A stretch of DNA of 64,000 nucleotides from assembly GCF_024521635.1 (NCBI RefSeq), contig NW_026250408.1, forward strand, positions 992,001-1,056,000, written 5' to 3'. This document shows positions 11,569 through 24,727 of this stretch, one piece after another (within the stretch, counting starts at the first letter, position 1; each line of letters starts with the position of its first letter). The notes beneath the pieces are model-generated. The model saw only the letters and a program-made list of their open reading frames with translations. It was not told where the DNA came from and made no database searches. This stretch comes from Tricharina praecox (lineage: Eukaryota). The translations under genes were made by a program, and so were the position numbers.

Positions 11569-13138
11569 ATGTACGCCAAATTGCCGTTACTCCTTCTGCT
11601 ATCCGCTGGGCTGGCCTCCGTTTCCACTGCATACGCACCACATTATGGTGCGAGAAGTATAAACATCGTTCCGAGACAGGTATGGTCCACGATCGAATAT
11701 CTCTTCCCTTCAAGATCGGGAGCTAACTGTGGGCCTAGAACCAGCAGGCGGGAGGAAATGGTCGAGGTGGTGGTCGAAATGGCGGTGGCCAGAACAACGG
11801 CGGTGGTGGCCAAAACAATGGTGGAGGCCAGAACAACGGCGGTGGTCAGAACAACGGCGGTGGTCAGAACAACGGTGGAGGAAACGCAGCATTAGCACTC
11901 GATCCCGCAAACGTTCAGGAAGCCTCAACGCAAACAGGCCAGGAGGGGGGCGGTGATCCAGCGCAGGCCGATTCAGTGACGTATGTAATCTCTGGCTTCT
12001 TTCTCTTGATGGATCACTAACGATGCCACCGTAGCGACGATGCAAACTTCATAAACTTCTGCACGGGCAAAACGCTCACCAACGGGCAGCAAGTAACGGG
12101 CGGATCCTGCAACGGCATAGTGATGGGCGACATCCCATCACAGAACAACATGGTCTCGTCGATCATCGTCTCCCCCGCGCCGGGCGAGGACATTGCCGCG
12201 GACACGGCCTTCGACATCACCGTACAAGTCGCCAATCTGGCCGCGGGATCGTTCACTAACCCCGAAAACACATACTACGCGGCGCCGCAGGCACTTAATG
12301 GCGGGAATATTATCGGGCATACACACGTCACCGTGCAGGACCTGGGGAACAGCCTGACCCCGAACCAACCGTGAGCTCCCTCTCCCTCCCTCCTTCCCAC
12401 GCTTTCACGAGCACAGCTGAGAAAAACAGACCGGACGCAGCAACATTTGCCTTCTTCAAGGGCATCAACGACGCCGGCAACGGCAACGGCCTGCTGTCCG
12501 CCAACGTGGCAGAAGGCCTTCCGGCTGGAAACTACCGCGTGTGCACTATGAGTAGTTCCTCGAACCATCAGCCGGTGCTCATGCCCGTCGCCCAGCGCGG
12601 TGCCCAGGACGACTGTACCAAATTCACTGTTGGTCAAGGAAATGCCGGCAACGGGCAGGGCAACGGGCAGGGCAACGGGCAGGGCAACGGGCAGGGCAAC
12701 GGGCAGGGCAACGGGCAGGGCAACGGTCAAGGCAATGGACAAGGCAATGGACAAGGCAATGGTCAAGGCAACGGACAAGACGCCGGACAAGACGCCGGAC
12801 AAGACGCCGGACAAGGCAACGGACAAGGCAATGGACAAGGCAACGGACAAAGCAACGGACAAGAGCAAGTTGTCGCCGACCCACCGGCGGCCACCGACCC
12901 ACCAGCGGCCACCGACCCACCCGCCGCCGCCGACCCTCCCGCGGCCACCGATCCACCGGCAGCCGACGCCGGCCAGAACCAAGGTGATGGGCAGAACCAG
13001 GGTGGTGGTACTGGTGGCGGTCGACGAGGCGGGGGCCGTGGTGGCGGCAGGAACCGTGGCGGTAAGCGCCGCGGTGGACGCTTCGGCGGCGGGTTCAAGT
13101 ACCGCCCGCGAAACGCGAGACGTGCTGGGTTGGTTTGA
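11569..13138 (+). CDS. Secreted fungal protein with a conserved Cys-containing core and low-complexity repeats (family often mis-annotated as 'ribosomal protein S17'); 4 exons
   Basis: Signal peptide MYAKLPLLLLLSAGLASVSTA. Core NFINFC..TLTNG.Q...GSCNGIVMGDIP, YYAAPQ, GHTHVTVQ, FFKGIND, YRVCTM, NHQPVLMPVAQRG.QDDC. Confidence 0.8.
12646..12862 (+). repeat. Coding 12-bp tandem repeat (GGCAACGGGCAG and variants) encoding GNGQ/DAGQ
   Basis: Visible array of about 18 units with synonymous variants. Confidence 0.9.
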
Positions 13139-13569
13139 GGGTGCTACAAAGTACTGTCCTATCCTATTTTTTTCACAAGAGAGCGGGAGTGAGGAGGGGC
13201 TTCAAGGCGTGCGAGTGAGGGGGGGAAGGGGTTATTGTAATATTTTTTCTTTTCTTCTACTACTTCCTATGGGATGTAAACTGTGTTTACTTCCCTAGGC
13301 TGGTACGGGTACGGGTACGGGCATTTCATTTGTTTGGGCGGGCTCCGGTTCACGGACATGTAGGTAGATGTAGAGAGCAGTAGGTGGTTTACTGGGAGTG
13401 ATGTCAACGCCGAAGAAGAAGTGCCACTGGATGAGCATGATGTATGTACCTATAGTCTACTGGGGAACGAATGGCGAGAATGAAGATCTATCTATCTACT
13501 ACCGGTATCTACACGCTGGCCCTTACTGTAATTGTTGGAATCCGTGACTGTGACTGTGGCGTTTGCTTG

Positions 13570-13619
13570 CGGAGTTGGAGTTGGAGTTGGAGATGGAGTT
13601 GGAGTTGGAGTCGGAGTTA
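13570..13619. repeat. (GGAGTT)n microsatellite
   Basis: About 8 imperfect hexamer units. Confidence 0.85.
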
Positions 13620-14310
13620 CGGTTACCCAGGTGTTACACAGACACGAGACGTTTCGTCGTGCAACGGAGCATGCAGGAGCCGGGGTTGGTGGGTGTTACG
13701 GGAGACGAGACGAAGATGATACCACCAGCGTCTCCCGCCGCAGCAGTAACAGCAGGCGAAACCGTTTCTTCTTCTTCTTTGCACTTTGGGTTGTGGTGGA
13801 GAGTGTATAGCAGTTATGCTTAACTAACCCCTCCATTGCGCCGACGCCGACCTCGAAGCCAGCCAGCTAGCCAGCCGGAGCCGAAAAAGAAGCGCACGGA
13901 CCAGGGATCGACGGATTCGTTTCCGTTTCGCTCCGTTTCGTTCCCCGCACCGACGACGGCGGCACCTTCCCTTCTCACCACCACCACCACCAGCTCCACC
14001 AGCACGCCGCCGCCACCTGCACTGTTCATCACGAGGAGTGCGCGTGTGAGTGAGAGAAAGAATAGGGAGTGCAAGCAAGGAAGGACAACGCACGCACGCC
14101 ATCCAATCCCCTCCCTTCTTCCGAGCCTCCCCCACCTCAACGCTTCCGTTCCTTCGAACCACTCTCAACCAACCAACCAACGCCCACGACTGCAACTGCG
14201 AACACACCCACAAACCAATCCCCACCCATCCCGCACGCAACGCGCCGCTAAGAAAAAAATATATATTACATAATCCCAGTCCCAGTCCCGGCGGGGCCCA
14301 AAAAAAAAGA

Positions 14311-15047
14311 ATGTCCAGCGGTAGCGGTAGCGGCGGAAACAACCACACCGCCGGCGGCGCGGCGGGGCTGCCGCCCCAAGTGGCAGCCGAGCTAGCGGGG
14401 TACCTGCGGAGCTCGCTGTTCACGCCTTTGGTATCCTCACCCGCCCGCCCACCTCCTGCGCTGCGCGTGTGCTAATGGCTAAACTACAGAGCTCGAATAT
14501 CACGCGTCTCCGGCAGGAGTGCGAGGCGTCTATGGCTACGCAAAAGGATTTGGTTCAGGATGTATTTCTCCCACCTACCTAGATTCGCGTGCGCCGGTGG
14601 GGTTGCTGATGGTAAGGTTGGTGGGCAGGTGCAAACGCAGATTTCGGATGTCATAGAGCCGACGGCGGAAAAGCTCATCCCGATCGCAGAGGAGCTGAAG
14701 GATGTGTACCGGCAGATCGAGTTGCTCGAGGTATCGATCGTTCTTTCCTCTCTACAGCGGATGGGTGGATGGATGAGTGGGCTGACTGACTGACTGGGTG
14801 GGATGGGTAGGCGATGGTGGCACGCACGGGCGAGAGCATAAAGCAAATGACATCCAAGGTGGAGACGACAGAGGCGGCGCTGCGCCGCGAGGAGCGCGCA
14901 CTGAATGATGGCCGGCCGCTGGCAATGTGGAAGGAGCCCGAGCAGGTCAAGATGTTCCGCGCGAAGGAGTTTATTGAGGGCGGGAGGATGAAGGATCCTG
15001 CCGTGTCGCCGCCGGCGAGAACAGGGACACCGGTCATGGCCTCATAA
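14311..15047 (+). CDS. BLOC-1 subunit 4 (Cappuccino/Cnl1)-like coiled-coil protein, 176 aa, 4 exons
   Basis: Exons 14311-14430, 14490-14561, 14629-14730 and 14811-15047 join in frame. ELKDVYRQIELLEAMVARTGESIKQMTSKVETTEAAL and a terminal MFRAKEF resemble recalled BLOC1S4 motifs (IDRLEAFV...MEEQVTKAE, LFRTEDYF). Confidence 0.6.
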
Positions 15048-15150
15048 CCATACCATACCATGCACTGCACTGCACTGCACTGGCGACGAAATAAACGGAA
15101 GAAGAAGAAGAAACTTTTATATCATTAAGGTAAACTGGTATGGTATACTA

Positions 15151-15810
15151 CTAAGAGGTGGTGGACCCGACAACAACCCGCTTCTCGGCCGCATCAAAAA
15201 TGTTGATTCCCTGCTTGAGCGCGCGCACAAGCATGGGCAGCGAGTTGGCGCCAAAGTCCTTGGAGAGACGCACGGCATTGAGGTCGTCGCCGAACTCGCC
15301 CGTCAGCTGTTGCATGTAATATTCTTCGAAGCGGGCGGCAGCGAGCGGATCGTGGAGGTCGCGCAGCGTCGACGGGATCGAAGAGCTCTGCAGTTGTGGG
15401 CGTTGTGCTTTAGCTTCCTGTACATACATAGTCGCGAAGAAGATGAAGAAGAGGAAGAGGAAGGAGATACCTTCTCTGTAAACGCCTGTGCCGCACTCGT
15501 AGCCTCCAACTCCGCCTCCTCCTCCTCTGAATCGTCTTCAAGGTCGGAAACATCCTAATCCCCAGTCAGCCTACCCACCCACCCACCCCCGCGCCATTCC
15601 GGAGCATCGTACCTTCATGACCACCTCCTGCCCCTTCTCCTCCTCCCCCTCCTTCTCATCCTCGCTACTCGAGCTGTCGCTCGACTCGCTGGAGGAAGAG
15701 ACATTCCCGGTGCGAGCATTCCGCCGACGGCGCTTCCGCTTCTGCTGCTGCTTTGCGTCGCCGCCAGCGACGCCGGCACGTTTCGTGCTTGTCGTTGTTG
15801 ATTTCGCCAT
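15151..15810 (-). CDS. RSA3: Ribosome assembly protein 3 (2 exons)
   Basis: Basic RKRRRRNART followed by an acidic/Ser tract. C-terminal FEEYYMQQLTGEFGDDLNAVR..DF..SLPMLVRALKQG matches the RSA3 domain. Confidence 0.85.
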
Positions 15811-16126
15811 TCGGAGTTGTGTGTGCTGCGGTGGATGGGGGACGCGAATTTTCGATGTGGGGATGAGTGCAGGCCGTGTAACGGTGCTAACTTATTTAGC
15901 GGCAGTGGGCTAGTGGGTTTGGGCACGAGTGATATAATGTGAGGAAAGATATAGGAAGAAGTAGGTAGAGCAGGTACTGGATGATTTGGTATACCGGTTT
16001 TTACGACGGTATCTAAAGCTAGCACATACGATTGAGGGCGGAGGATAAACCGAGGTGTCTATTCGCGTCTTACAGCCCAACACTACCGGTACTCCCCGTA
16101 CGATCCTCCGAACAACAATGGCCTAT

Positions 16127-19100
16127 CTAAGCCACCACATCCCTCCTAAGCGCATCCCAACCACAGACCATCCACGGCGCCAAAAACACCGCGCGTTGAT
16201 CACACCCCAAAGTCGCAATACCCGCATACGCGCCGGCCAGCCTCTCAGCATCACAATCCTTCGCGCTCCTGGCGACCCTCAACGCCGTTTCCGCCGCAAA
16301 CGCATCTTCCGCGACCGTCGCGAGTCGTGACCAATTCTCGGTTGCAGAGGGACGCATAAACACCGCACTGGCAGCCGTGGCGGCCGCATTCAGCGCGCCC
16401 AGGTCGCCGGAAGAGAGCTGCGCGATCGCGGTGAGAAGGTTGTCGATGTGCTCGCGAACGTAGCGGGGAAGTCCCTCCTTTGCGCGGAAGGAACGGAGGT
16501 CATCGAGGACGGCTTCGGTGACGTCTGCGGATCGGTCGAGGACGCCAATGGTGCCTAGCAGGAGGATGGAGCCGAGGTGCTCGGGGTTGGCTTCGATGCA
16601 GGCGAAGAGTTGGTCTCGTGCGACGTCCCGCTCTTGTTCACCGCCTTTGGCCCAGAGAACCTGCGAGAGGAGACACACTACGTCCGGGTTCTCTTCCGAC
16701 TCGGTGAGCGCTTCTTTGAACATTTCAAGACTCTCGTCCATCTGCTGCGAGTAGTAGTGTGCCAGGCCAGCGGTGAGGTGGGCGGATAGTCGACATGCCT
16801 GGAGTTGCTCCATGTCGCCGGAAAGATCCAAGGCCATGGAAGCACTCTCGATGGCTTCCGAGTATTGCCGTAGTCCTAGGTACATCCGAGCCAGATCTGC
16901 CTTGGAGCGAGCGAACTTGACGAGGTCGTCATCTGCTTCTGTTTCCTCATACCGTTCCTCGTAGATACTGCACACACGCTCCAACTTCTCGACGGCAGAG
17001 GTAAAGTCTCCAACACGTTCGTCGAACAAGGCACTCAGCTGGAGAACGGCCGGAATTTGCGATAGCTGGGCCTGAAGCTTCTCCAAGGCAAATATCGGGG
17101 TGAGAATTGACGCCAAAGCGGGCTCGGAATTGGCCTTGACAAGCGTGTCGAATGTTGCAGTGATGAATTGCTTTTTCACTGGCGTCTAACGAAGCACATC
17201 TATTAGCCTGTAACAAGTAATCATTCAACTCTCAAACGTACCAGAGATTGATCCGAGATCTCGAAGGCGTGTTGGAAGAGTTCTTGTGCATCACGTGCCT
17301 CGCCGAGTATCATTGCGATGAGTCCCTGTCCGACCCAAGCAAGAGCGTACTCGGGATCAGTACTCTGTGCTCTGGAGAAGGCTTCGTTCGCGAGTAGATA
17401 GTCCTCCTGGATAGTGTACAATGCGCCGAGATTTGTCCAGACACGAGAATTCTGCAAAAGTAAGCAATAGTGAAGAACTTATGGCATGGGAACTCACCTT
17501 ATCGTTGATATAAAGAGCCCTGACTAGGGAGTGCTGGGCAACCTTGGGATTCAGCTCCGCGGTTGCGAGTCCAAGGGCGTTCCAGAACTCGTGGTTTCCT
17601 GGCTCCAGCTTGATGGTCCTCTTGAAGCAGCGTATGGCCGCCAGTCGATGCTTCATCTCTCTATTTGGCAAAGCCACGTAGGCCCTGTACTCTGCCGTTC
17701 CGAGGTTATACCAAGCAACCGCATGAGCGTGTCTGTCATCTGCAGTCGCAAATATTGCCCGTTTGTACGCCAATATTCCAGCATAGATAGCAGTGAGGAT
17801 GTCCTGTGTGTCACCGCCCTTCATCTTTTCGAACATTTCACGGCCCACTTCATCGACCTCAGCCATGATGTCGAACTCACTAGGTTCGAAATCACTCTCG
17901 AGGAGCCGCACGACCTGTTCGCGGGGAAATTTGTGGGCCAGGTTCTGAACCCAAGAGAAGAGCATGCATGCATCTCCCACGGTCTTCCAGAGGTTGAAGG
18001 CGTCCGATCTCTCCTGAAGGACTTTCTCTGCAATCTCCAGAGACTCCACCACGCTGTCGACAGCCCTTCCGTAATAGCCGGTCTCGACGTATTTCCAGCC
18101 CATGGCCAGCGAAGTCTCCGATAAGGCAACCAACACACCGAACTCGCGCTCCCGCAGAGCAAGGACGGCCCGGTAACCTTCACAAGCAAGTTCGAATTCG
18201 CCCAGCTCTCGCCTAACATTCGCCAGCATGTACTTTGCGAACCAACTCGTTCCGTCGAGCGCTTCTGCCCGGTCAAAGACTTTTAACGCTGCCGTGTAGC
18301 GTCCTGATGAAGCGTATGCCTCTCCCAGGCCAACCCAAGAGTGGAAGTCTGTTGGGGACGCTCTGAGGGCAGACTGGAAAGACTGAATTGCCAGCGAGTA
18401 GTTTTGATTGTTCTGGTCTAAATGTGAGAAGACAGGGCTAACTTCGATGGAGGATGACAAACATACCAGTTCTACAACACCGATAGCGCTCTGTGGCCAG
18501 GAGATACCCTTGCCCGGAACTGACCTCTTCTTGTCGGCCTCAGCCACTCTCCGAGCCACAATTTCTACGAGCTCCCACTCATTGCTCTCAGAGAAGCTTC
18601 GTGCCAATCGCTCCGCAGCCTCGACTTCACCAGCAGATATCTCGAACGCCCTCTGGAAACACTTGTTCGCGCGGGGGGAGTCGTGCGCGATATCGGCGTA
18701 AAAACAGCCCAAACTTGTGTAGGCTGGAGCATGATTTTGGTTGTTCTGCAAAGCAAGGATGAAGTAGTGGTAAGGGCCAGCTTTGCGGTCCTTTCTAGCC
18801 TCCTCTGTGACCAGTCAGTAAAAGGTTGTTATGGGAGCCGGATAAGACTTGCCGTCAGCATTCCATATGCAGTTACCAATTCTCCATAGAATCTGTGCCT
18901 TTAGGTCTCTTGATCTCGGGTCGATGCCTGTGATCTTTTCGAGACACTCCTCGAGTCCGTGCTGGCCAATGCTGTAGCTGCCTTGGAGCACATTGCACCA
19001 AGCGGCCTCAGCCATAATTCTAACATTCCCCGGGTCTTTGGCCAATGCTTTGTTGAGCAAATCCACAGCTCCTGGATAGTCTCCTTGTTCCTCTAGAATG

Positions 19101-20654
19101 AGACCAAGACCAACGAGAGCACCACCATGACCTGGATTATGAGACAATACAGTCTCGAACTGTCCTCTGGCTTCAATATGGTGCTTCGGTGCTTGGTAAT
19201 GTATCAGTGCCGTTGCAAGGGTAACTGTCAATGCATCTTGATTCCTACTCAGCAGTTAGAACACAGCTTCTTTTTCTGAAAAGATCCGATATGACTTACT
19301 TTTGACAGGCCAGTCCAGTCCTCTGCGATTCTCCTGTTGCGAGCTTGAGGCCGCCCCGAGCAGTGTCGACGGCATTCTCATATTCGTCCAGGAGGAGATA
19401 GTATTCCCCCAAGATCCGGTGGCACAGAAGAGACGTGGGACTCTTCTCTAGTCCTTCGATCATTGCATCGAGGCGCTGATCTGGAGCATCGGTATCGGCA
19501 ACGTCCTTTCCGGCTTTATCTTTGGCCACTGAGACTGGTTCGTCTGTCTCCTTTTCTTCGTTTGGAACCGCTGGAAAGGGGGATATCTCGGAATCAAGAT
19601 AGGCCTGAAGGGAAATAGATAGCCCCCTATCGGGAAAGAGTTCGATATACTCTCGCAACAAATTGACATCATGATCACCTATTTCTATCAGAGGATTCTC
19701 CTCATACAAGTGGCTCGGAATTTATACCTATACTCTCACAGTCCTTCCATTCAATTACAATCTTCCATGCCAGCTCGAAGGGGTGTTTGAGAATAACCAA
19801 GCCGCGGGCCCAGCTCTCCACCTTCAGTCGTTGTTGTAGCTTTCCTTCCCTGGGGAATACCAGAAGTTTATTGTAAGCATGCTGAAGGAGCTTGCAGTCG
19901 ATCTGCCGCCGAACGTCTTCTTGGTCCGACCAATTGAGGATATTCTGGTAGAGATCTTCCAGCGGCGACGCACCCCACACCTCCCGTCGGACCTCTGTGG
20001 TAACTTGTCCGAGAACAGCGCCGAGACGTGAGCGTCGGTTCGCAATCTCCTTGTTCACTCGCTCCTTCTCTTCAATCTCGATGATCTCCGCCAGCTCCAG
20101 ATACGTCTTATCCGGCCGCGGAATCAGGCCTTCCAAGTACTCAAAGACCGGGCTTCCTGGCAGTATAATCTGTAATGCCCGCTTGTATTGATGCTTCGAC
20201 GCATTCTCCTTTGCGAATGCGAGTGCCTTCTCAATGACGGCGAGACACTTAACCCGTTCATCTTGATCACGAAAGACCCCCGCCAGCCCGACGGCGGTCT
20301 CCGTGTACTCGTCGACCCGCTTCTGTGCTTCATAGAGCTTCAGCAGACCCTGCCAACTTGCCGGATTCTCCTTGCGGTCTTTCCTCTGTCGCTCTTCGGC
20401 CTCGATCCGGATGGCCTGGCGGTACGCCTGTTCGCTCTCATCGTACTTCTCGAGGTTAAACTGGGACAGTCCGAGATATAGTTGTCTGCAGTTTGGGAGT
20501 AAGCTAATGGCCTGCACCAAGTGAAACGGGCTTTTACGCACGCAACATAGCTTTGAGGCTCAAACGAGAGAGCTCTTTGGCATTGCTCTTCTGCTCCTGC
20601 CCAGTCCTTTGAGTCGATACACGTTTTCGCGGCCTTGAGAGCTTGTTTCGACAT
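16127..20654 (-). CDS. SKI3: Superkiller complex TPR subunit (multi-exon, one GC-AG intron)
   Basis: MSKQALKAAK start, many TPR repeats, AYTSLG.FYADI, KCFQRAFE, WVGLGEAYASSGRY, IKLEPGN.EFWNALG, and a terminal AVFLAPW. Confidence 0.92.
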
Positions 20655-21223
20655 TGTGGGGAAGGGATGTGGGGTTGGTGGGGGTCCTGGGTTCGTATGA
20701 CGGTAGACAAAACGAGTGAGGCTCTTTGGCGCTAATAGGATGGCTGGATTGTCGTACAAGAAGGTCGCAAACGAAACGAGGATGTGGTGAACCACGGAGA
20801 CGTGTTTGTAGACGTGACGGTGATGGCGATGGTGACGGAAGGTTGCTTCAATTACAGTAGTAGTTACACACACAGTGTGTACAAGATCTACTAGTAAAGC
20901 GCTCGAGGCTCTACGTGCGTGTTCACAGTAGTCCGTGTGAGTTCGAGGAAGGTAAGGGCACATATATTAATTGTGCTTTCTTCTTCTTATTGTTTTTGGA
21001 TATCGTACAATTCCCTCACTCCCTCACTCCCACGCGCCAAAGCAATAAAACGTAAATAAAAACAGAACCAGAACCGTGATGCATGAACTCGACAAGCCGC
21101 AATTACATGCCGATTGTCTGCGGCAAAACAAATCAACGCCCCTCCCCTAATGTAATCGAGCTGAAGACCGTATCCTCCGTACGCATCATGTCCGAAAACG
21201 ACCCCACCGCGCAAACGACACAT

Positions 21224-21604
21224 CTAAGCAGCACCACTGTAACATCGTCAGCAAATTGGCCTCTAACACGAAAGCGATCTTGCAAGTGCTCGCGCGCACA
21301 GACGCTCCAGCGACATAGCCGCTTGGGGAGACGGAGGAGGACATACACGAGGATGTTGTTGATGGGGATGTGAATGATCTTGACGATGTAGCCGATGACA
21401 CCCATGACGACGAAACCGATTCCGACGGCCTGTGAGATTTTGATGAATTCTCTCTTGTCGGCTGCATATCTGTTAGCTAAATATGTCCAAACGGTAATGG
21501 GATCTGCGCGGCGACGTACGCTTTGTGCACCGGTTGATGAACAGAGTGCCATCCCTCAGGAACTCCTTGGGGATCTCGGCGATTTGAGCAAACTGGTCGG
21601 CCAT
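21224..21604 (-). CDS. SSS1: Sec61 translocon gamma subunit (3 exons)
   Basis: [60 protein letters not shown]. Confidence 0.93.
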
Positions 21605-22220
21605 TGCTATTGTCGTGATATGGGTGCGATTGTGGGAGCGTGCGATCGAAGTGAAGGTGGGGACTTTTGGTAAAGCTTGGGGTGAAAGGTGTTGCTTGTT
21701 GGTGCGCGTCGAGACTATTTAGGGGCGGTTAACTGGAGGTAGCTCAAGACTTTCGTGGGAGAGGCGAGGTGTTCACTTTGAATGACGGCGACTTCCCTGG
21801 GCAGGCGTAGGTTTCAAAACGATCGATTAGATTTGTTCCTTTGATATGATTGGTCCCGCTTCCGTATTCGTGAACTCACATCTCGTATTCCTTCACATCC
21901 CTGAGCTTGGTTGTTGCCATGGGCGGTTGGAGCCTGGCACGTCATGTCAACCTCCAAGTCCAAGCTCCATCGTAGCTTGATCGTATACACTCCTGCACGC
22001 GTGAACTCGAAGATAATAGCCACACTGTAACGGTGGCTGCTCTGAGACTATCAAGAAAGTCTCCCTTCTATTTCACCCACCTCCGAACATATTACTGGGC
22101 ATTGCACCCCCCAGCATACCGGGTATGTTCTGCTTATGCTTGCTCGAAGGAGTACACAGCACTCGACAGTTTTAACAAGACAGACCGACGCAGCCCAGGT
22201 TCTTCACACGACCATCCACC

Positions 22221-24470
22221 ATGCCGACCTACCTCACCATTGACGGTCCCTATTTCAAAGACGAACACAACCGTCTAGTGACGCTTCGGGGAATCAATGT
22301 CGCCGGTGACACGAAGATGCCGACTCGGCCCAACCAGCTCTCACACATACCCGACGACTTCTACGACGGCGACAACGTATCATTTGTTGGACGACCCTTC
22401 CCGCTTGCGGAGGCCGATATTCACTTCCAGCGGCTGAGGAACTACGGTTATAACACCATCCGGTACCTGTTCACATGGGAGGCGATCGAAGCCAAAGGTC
22501 CGGGGCGGTACGATGAGGACTGGGTCGAGAGCACCATCCAGATCCTGCGGAAGGCCAAAGAATACGACTTCATGGTGTTTATGGACCCTCACCAAGACGT
22601 ATGGTCTCGTTTCTCTGGAGGTTCCGGCGCGCCCATGTGGACGCTCTATGCGATGGGATTGAATCCGCAGGCGTTCGATGCGACGGAAGCTGCATTGGTC
22701 CACAATACCTATCCTGAACCTGCGGAGTTCCCAAAGATGATCTGGTCCACCAACTATCAGAGGATGGCGAATCAGGTGGCTTGGACATTATTCTTTGCGG
22801 GACGGGATTTCGCGCCGAAGGCTATCATCAACGGGAAGAATATCCAGGATTATCTGCAAGATCACTTCATCGGCGCTTGCACCCACCTAGCCCAGAGAAT
22901 TCACGAGGCCGGAGACTTAGAGGACTGCCCCATTATCGGTTGGGAATCGATCAATGAACCGAACAGAGGATTGGTCGGGTACCAGGCGCTCGACAAAATT
23001 CCGGTGGAACAGAAGCTTCAGAAGGGAACGTCACCGACAGCATGGCAGGCGATTCTGACCGGAAGTGGGCGGGCTTGTGAAATCGATACCTGGGACTTCG
23101 GCGGTACCGGTCCGTTCAAAACTGGCAAAGCCCTTGTCGACCCTAAGGGTATCAAGGCGTGGCTACCGGCTGAATATGACGACTCTCGATACGGATGGAA
23201 GCGCGATCCTGGTTGGAAACTCGGCGAATGTATTTGGGCGCAGCATGGAGTGTGGGATCCGGAGACGGATACGCTTCTCAAGACCGATTACTTCTCCAAG
23301 ACTGCTGACGGGCGGGACTTGGACGCCGTGGCGTTCACCAATACGTTCTTCATGGACTACTACAGGACGTATGCAAAGGCTTTGAGGTCTATCCACAAGA
23401 ATGCTATTCTTTTCTGCCAGCCACCTGTTCTTGAGATCCCTCCTGTCATCAAGGGAACCGAGGACATCCACGATCGCTTCGTTTATGCACCTCATTATTA
23501 TGACGGAATCACGCTCATGACCAAGAAATGGTAGGTTGAAGCAACGCCTTCCTAACGCTACTCAGTACTGACCGACGCTAGGAACCGGCTGTGGAACATC
23601 GACGTTCTTGGAGTTCTACGCGGGCGGTATCTCACTCCGGCGTTCGCCATCAGAATCGGCGAGACCGCGATCCGTAACTGCCTCCGTGATCAACTAAAAG
23701 CCATAATCCAAGAAGGTCAAGACAACATCGGCAACACGCCCTGTGTCTTCACCGAGATCGGCATACCCTACGATATGGACGGCAGGGCCGCCTACAAGAC
23801 CGGCGACTTCATCTCTCAGATCCGGGCCTTGGACGCGAACCACTACGCATTGGAAGGCGCCCGTGCAGGGTACACGCTGTGGGTATATACAGCCAACAAC
23901 AACCACCAGTGGGGCGACAACTGGAATGGCGAGGACCTAAGCATCTTCTCACTCGACGACCGCGATCCTCACTCGCAGGCTGAGGATCACTCTTCGAAGA
24001 CCGATGAGGTTGACCAGGATAACCTCAAGCGGGCCATGACAAAGAATACTATGTCGACAGACCGCAGCACGCTGCAGGACGATGTGCAAGCTACCAGAGC
24101 GGCGGAGGCGTTTGTTCGCCCATCGCCAGTATACACCAACGGCACCATCATCGAGTCCGGCTTCGACCTTGATAAGGTTACTTTCACACTCAAGCTCGCG
24201 GCGGATAAGGCGACCGATGAGGACTGGCCCACTGAAATGTTTATGCCGCCGTTCCACTTCCCGAAGGAAGAGACGGAGGTGGTGGTGACGGGCGGTAAAT
24301 GGGAGTATGATGCCGAGAGGAGCGTCTTGCGGTGGTGGCACATGGAAGGCGAGCAAGAGATCAAGGTCAAGGGTGTTGGGCGGAGAAAGATCTGGGGTGG
24401 TGAGGAGGAGGGATATTATGAGATGTTCGCTAGAAATTATGGCACCATTGGGCAGTGTTCGGTTATGTGA
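22221..24470 (+). CDS. Glycoside hydrolase family 5, EGCrP/Egh1-type (steryl-glucoside/glucosylceramide beta-glucosidase); 2 exons
   Basis: LRGINV, SFVGRPF, TWEAIE..GPG.YD, DPHQDVWSRFSGGSGAP, acid/base NEP, YAPHYYD, nucleophile TEIGIP, WGDNWNGEDLS. Intron 23532-23581. Confidence 0.88.
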
Positions 24471-24727
24471 TTTGCCATTCATTTCTTGTCTGCTTTGTTT
24501 TGCGTTTTGCTTTGCTATTATTTTGATTGCCGTTAGGATATCAAGCATGGAAGGAAGGGAGATGTGGTAGTAGCTAGATGCTGGACAAAGATGATGATTT
24601 GATGATCGATGATTTTGGTGGATACTTTCGAATACGTAATCCGCAAATCTCTCTCTTTGCCGTATGATACAACCAACCAGCCGCAACATATCCAGGAGCC
24701 CTCCCCATTTGAACACACTCGCAACCC

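Noticed and set aside
13471..14273. Several overlapping ORFs around microsatellites
   Set aside because: They are driven by simple repeats, show no consistent splice model, and look like UTR or promoter sequence.
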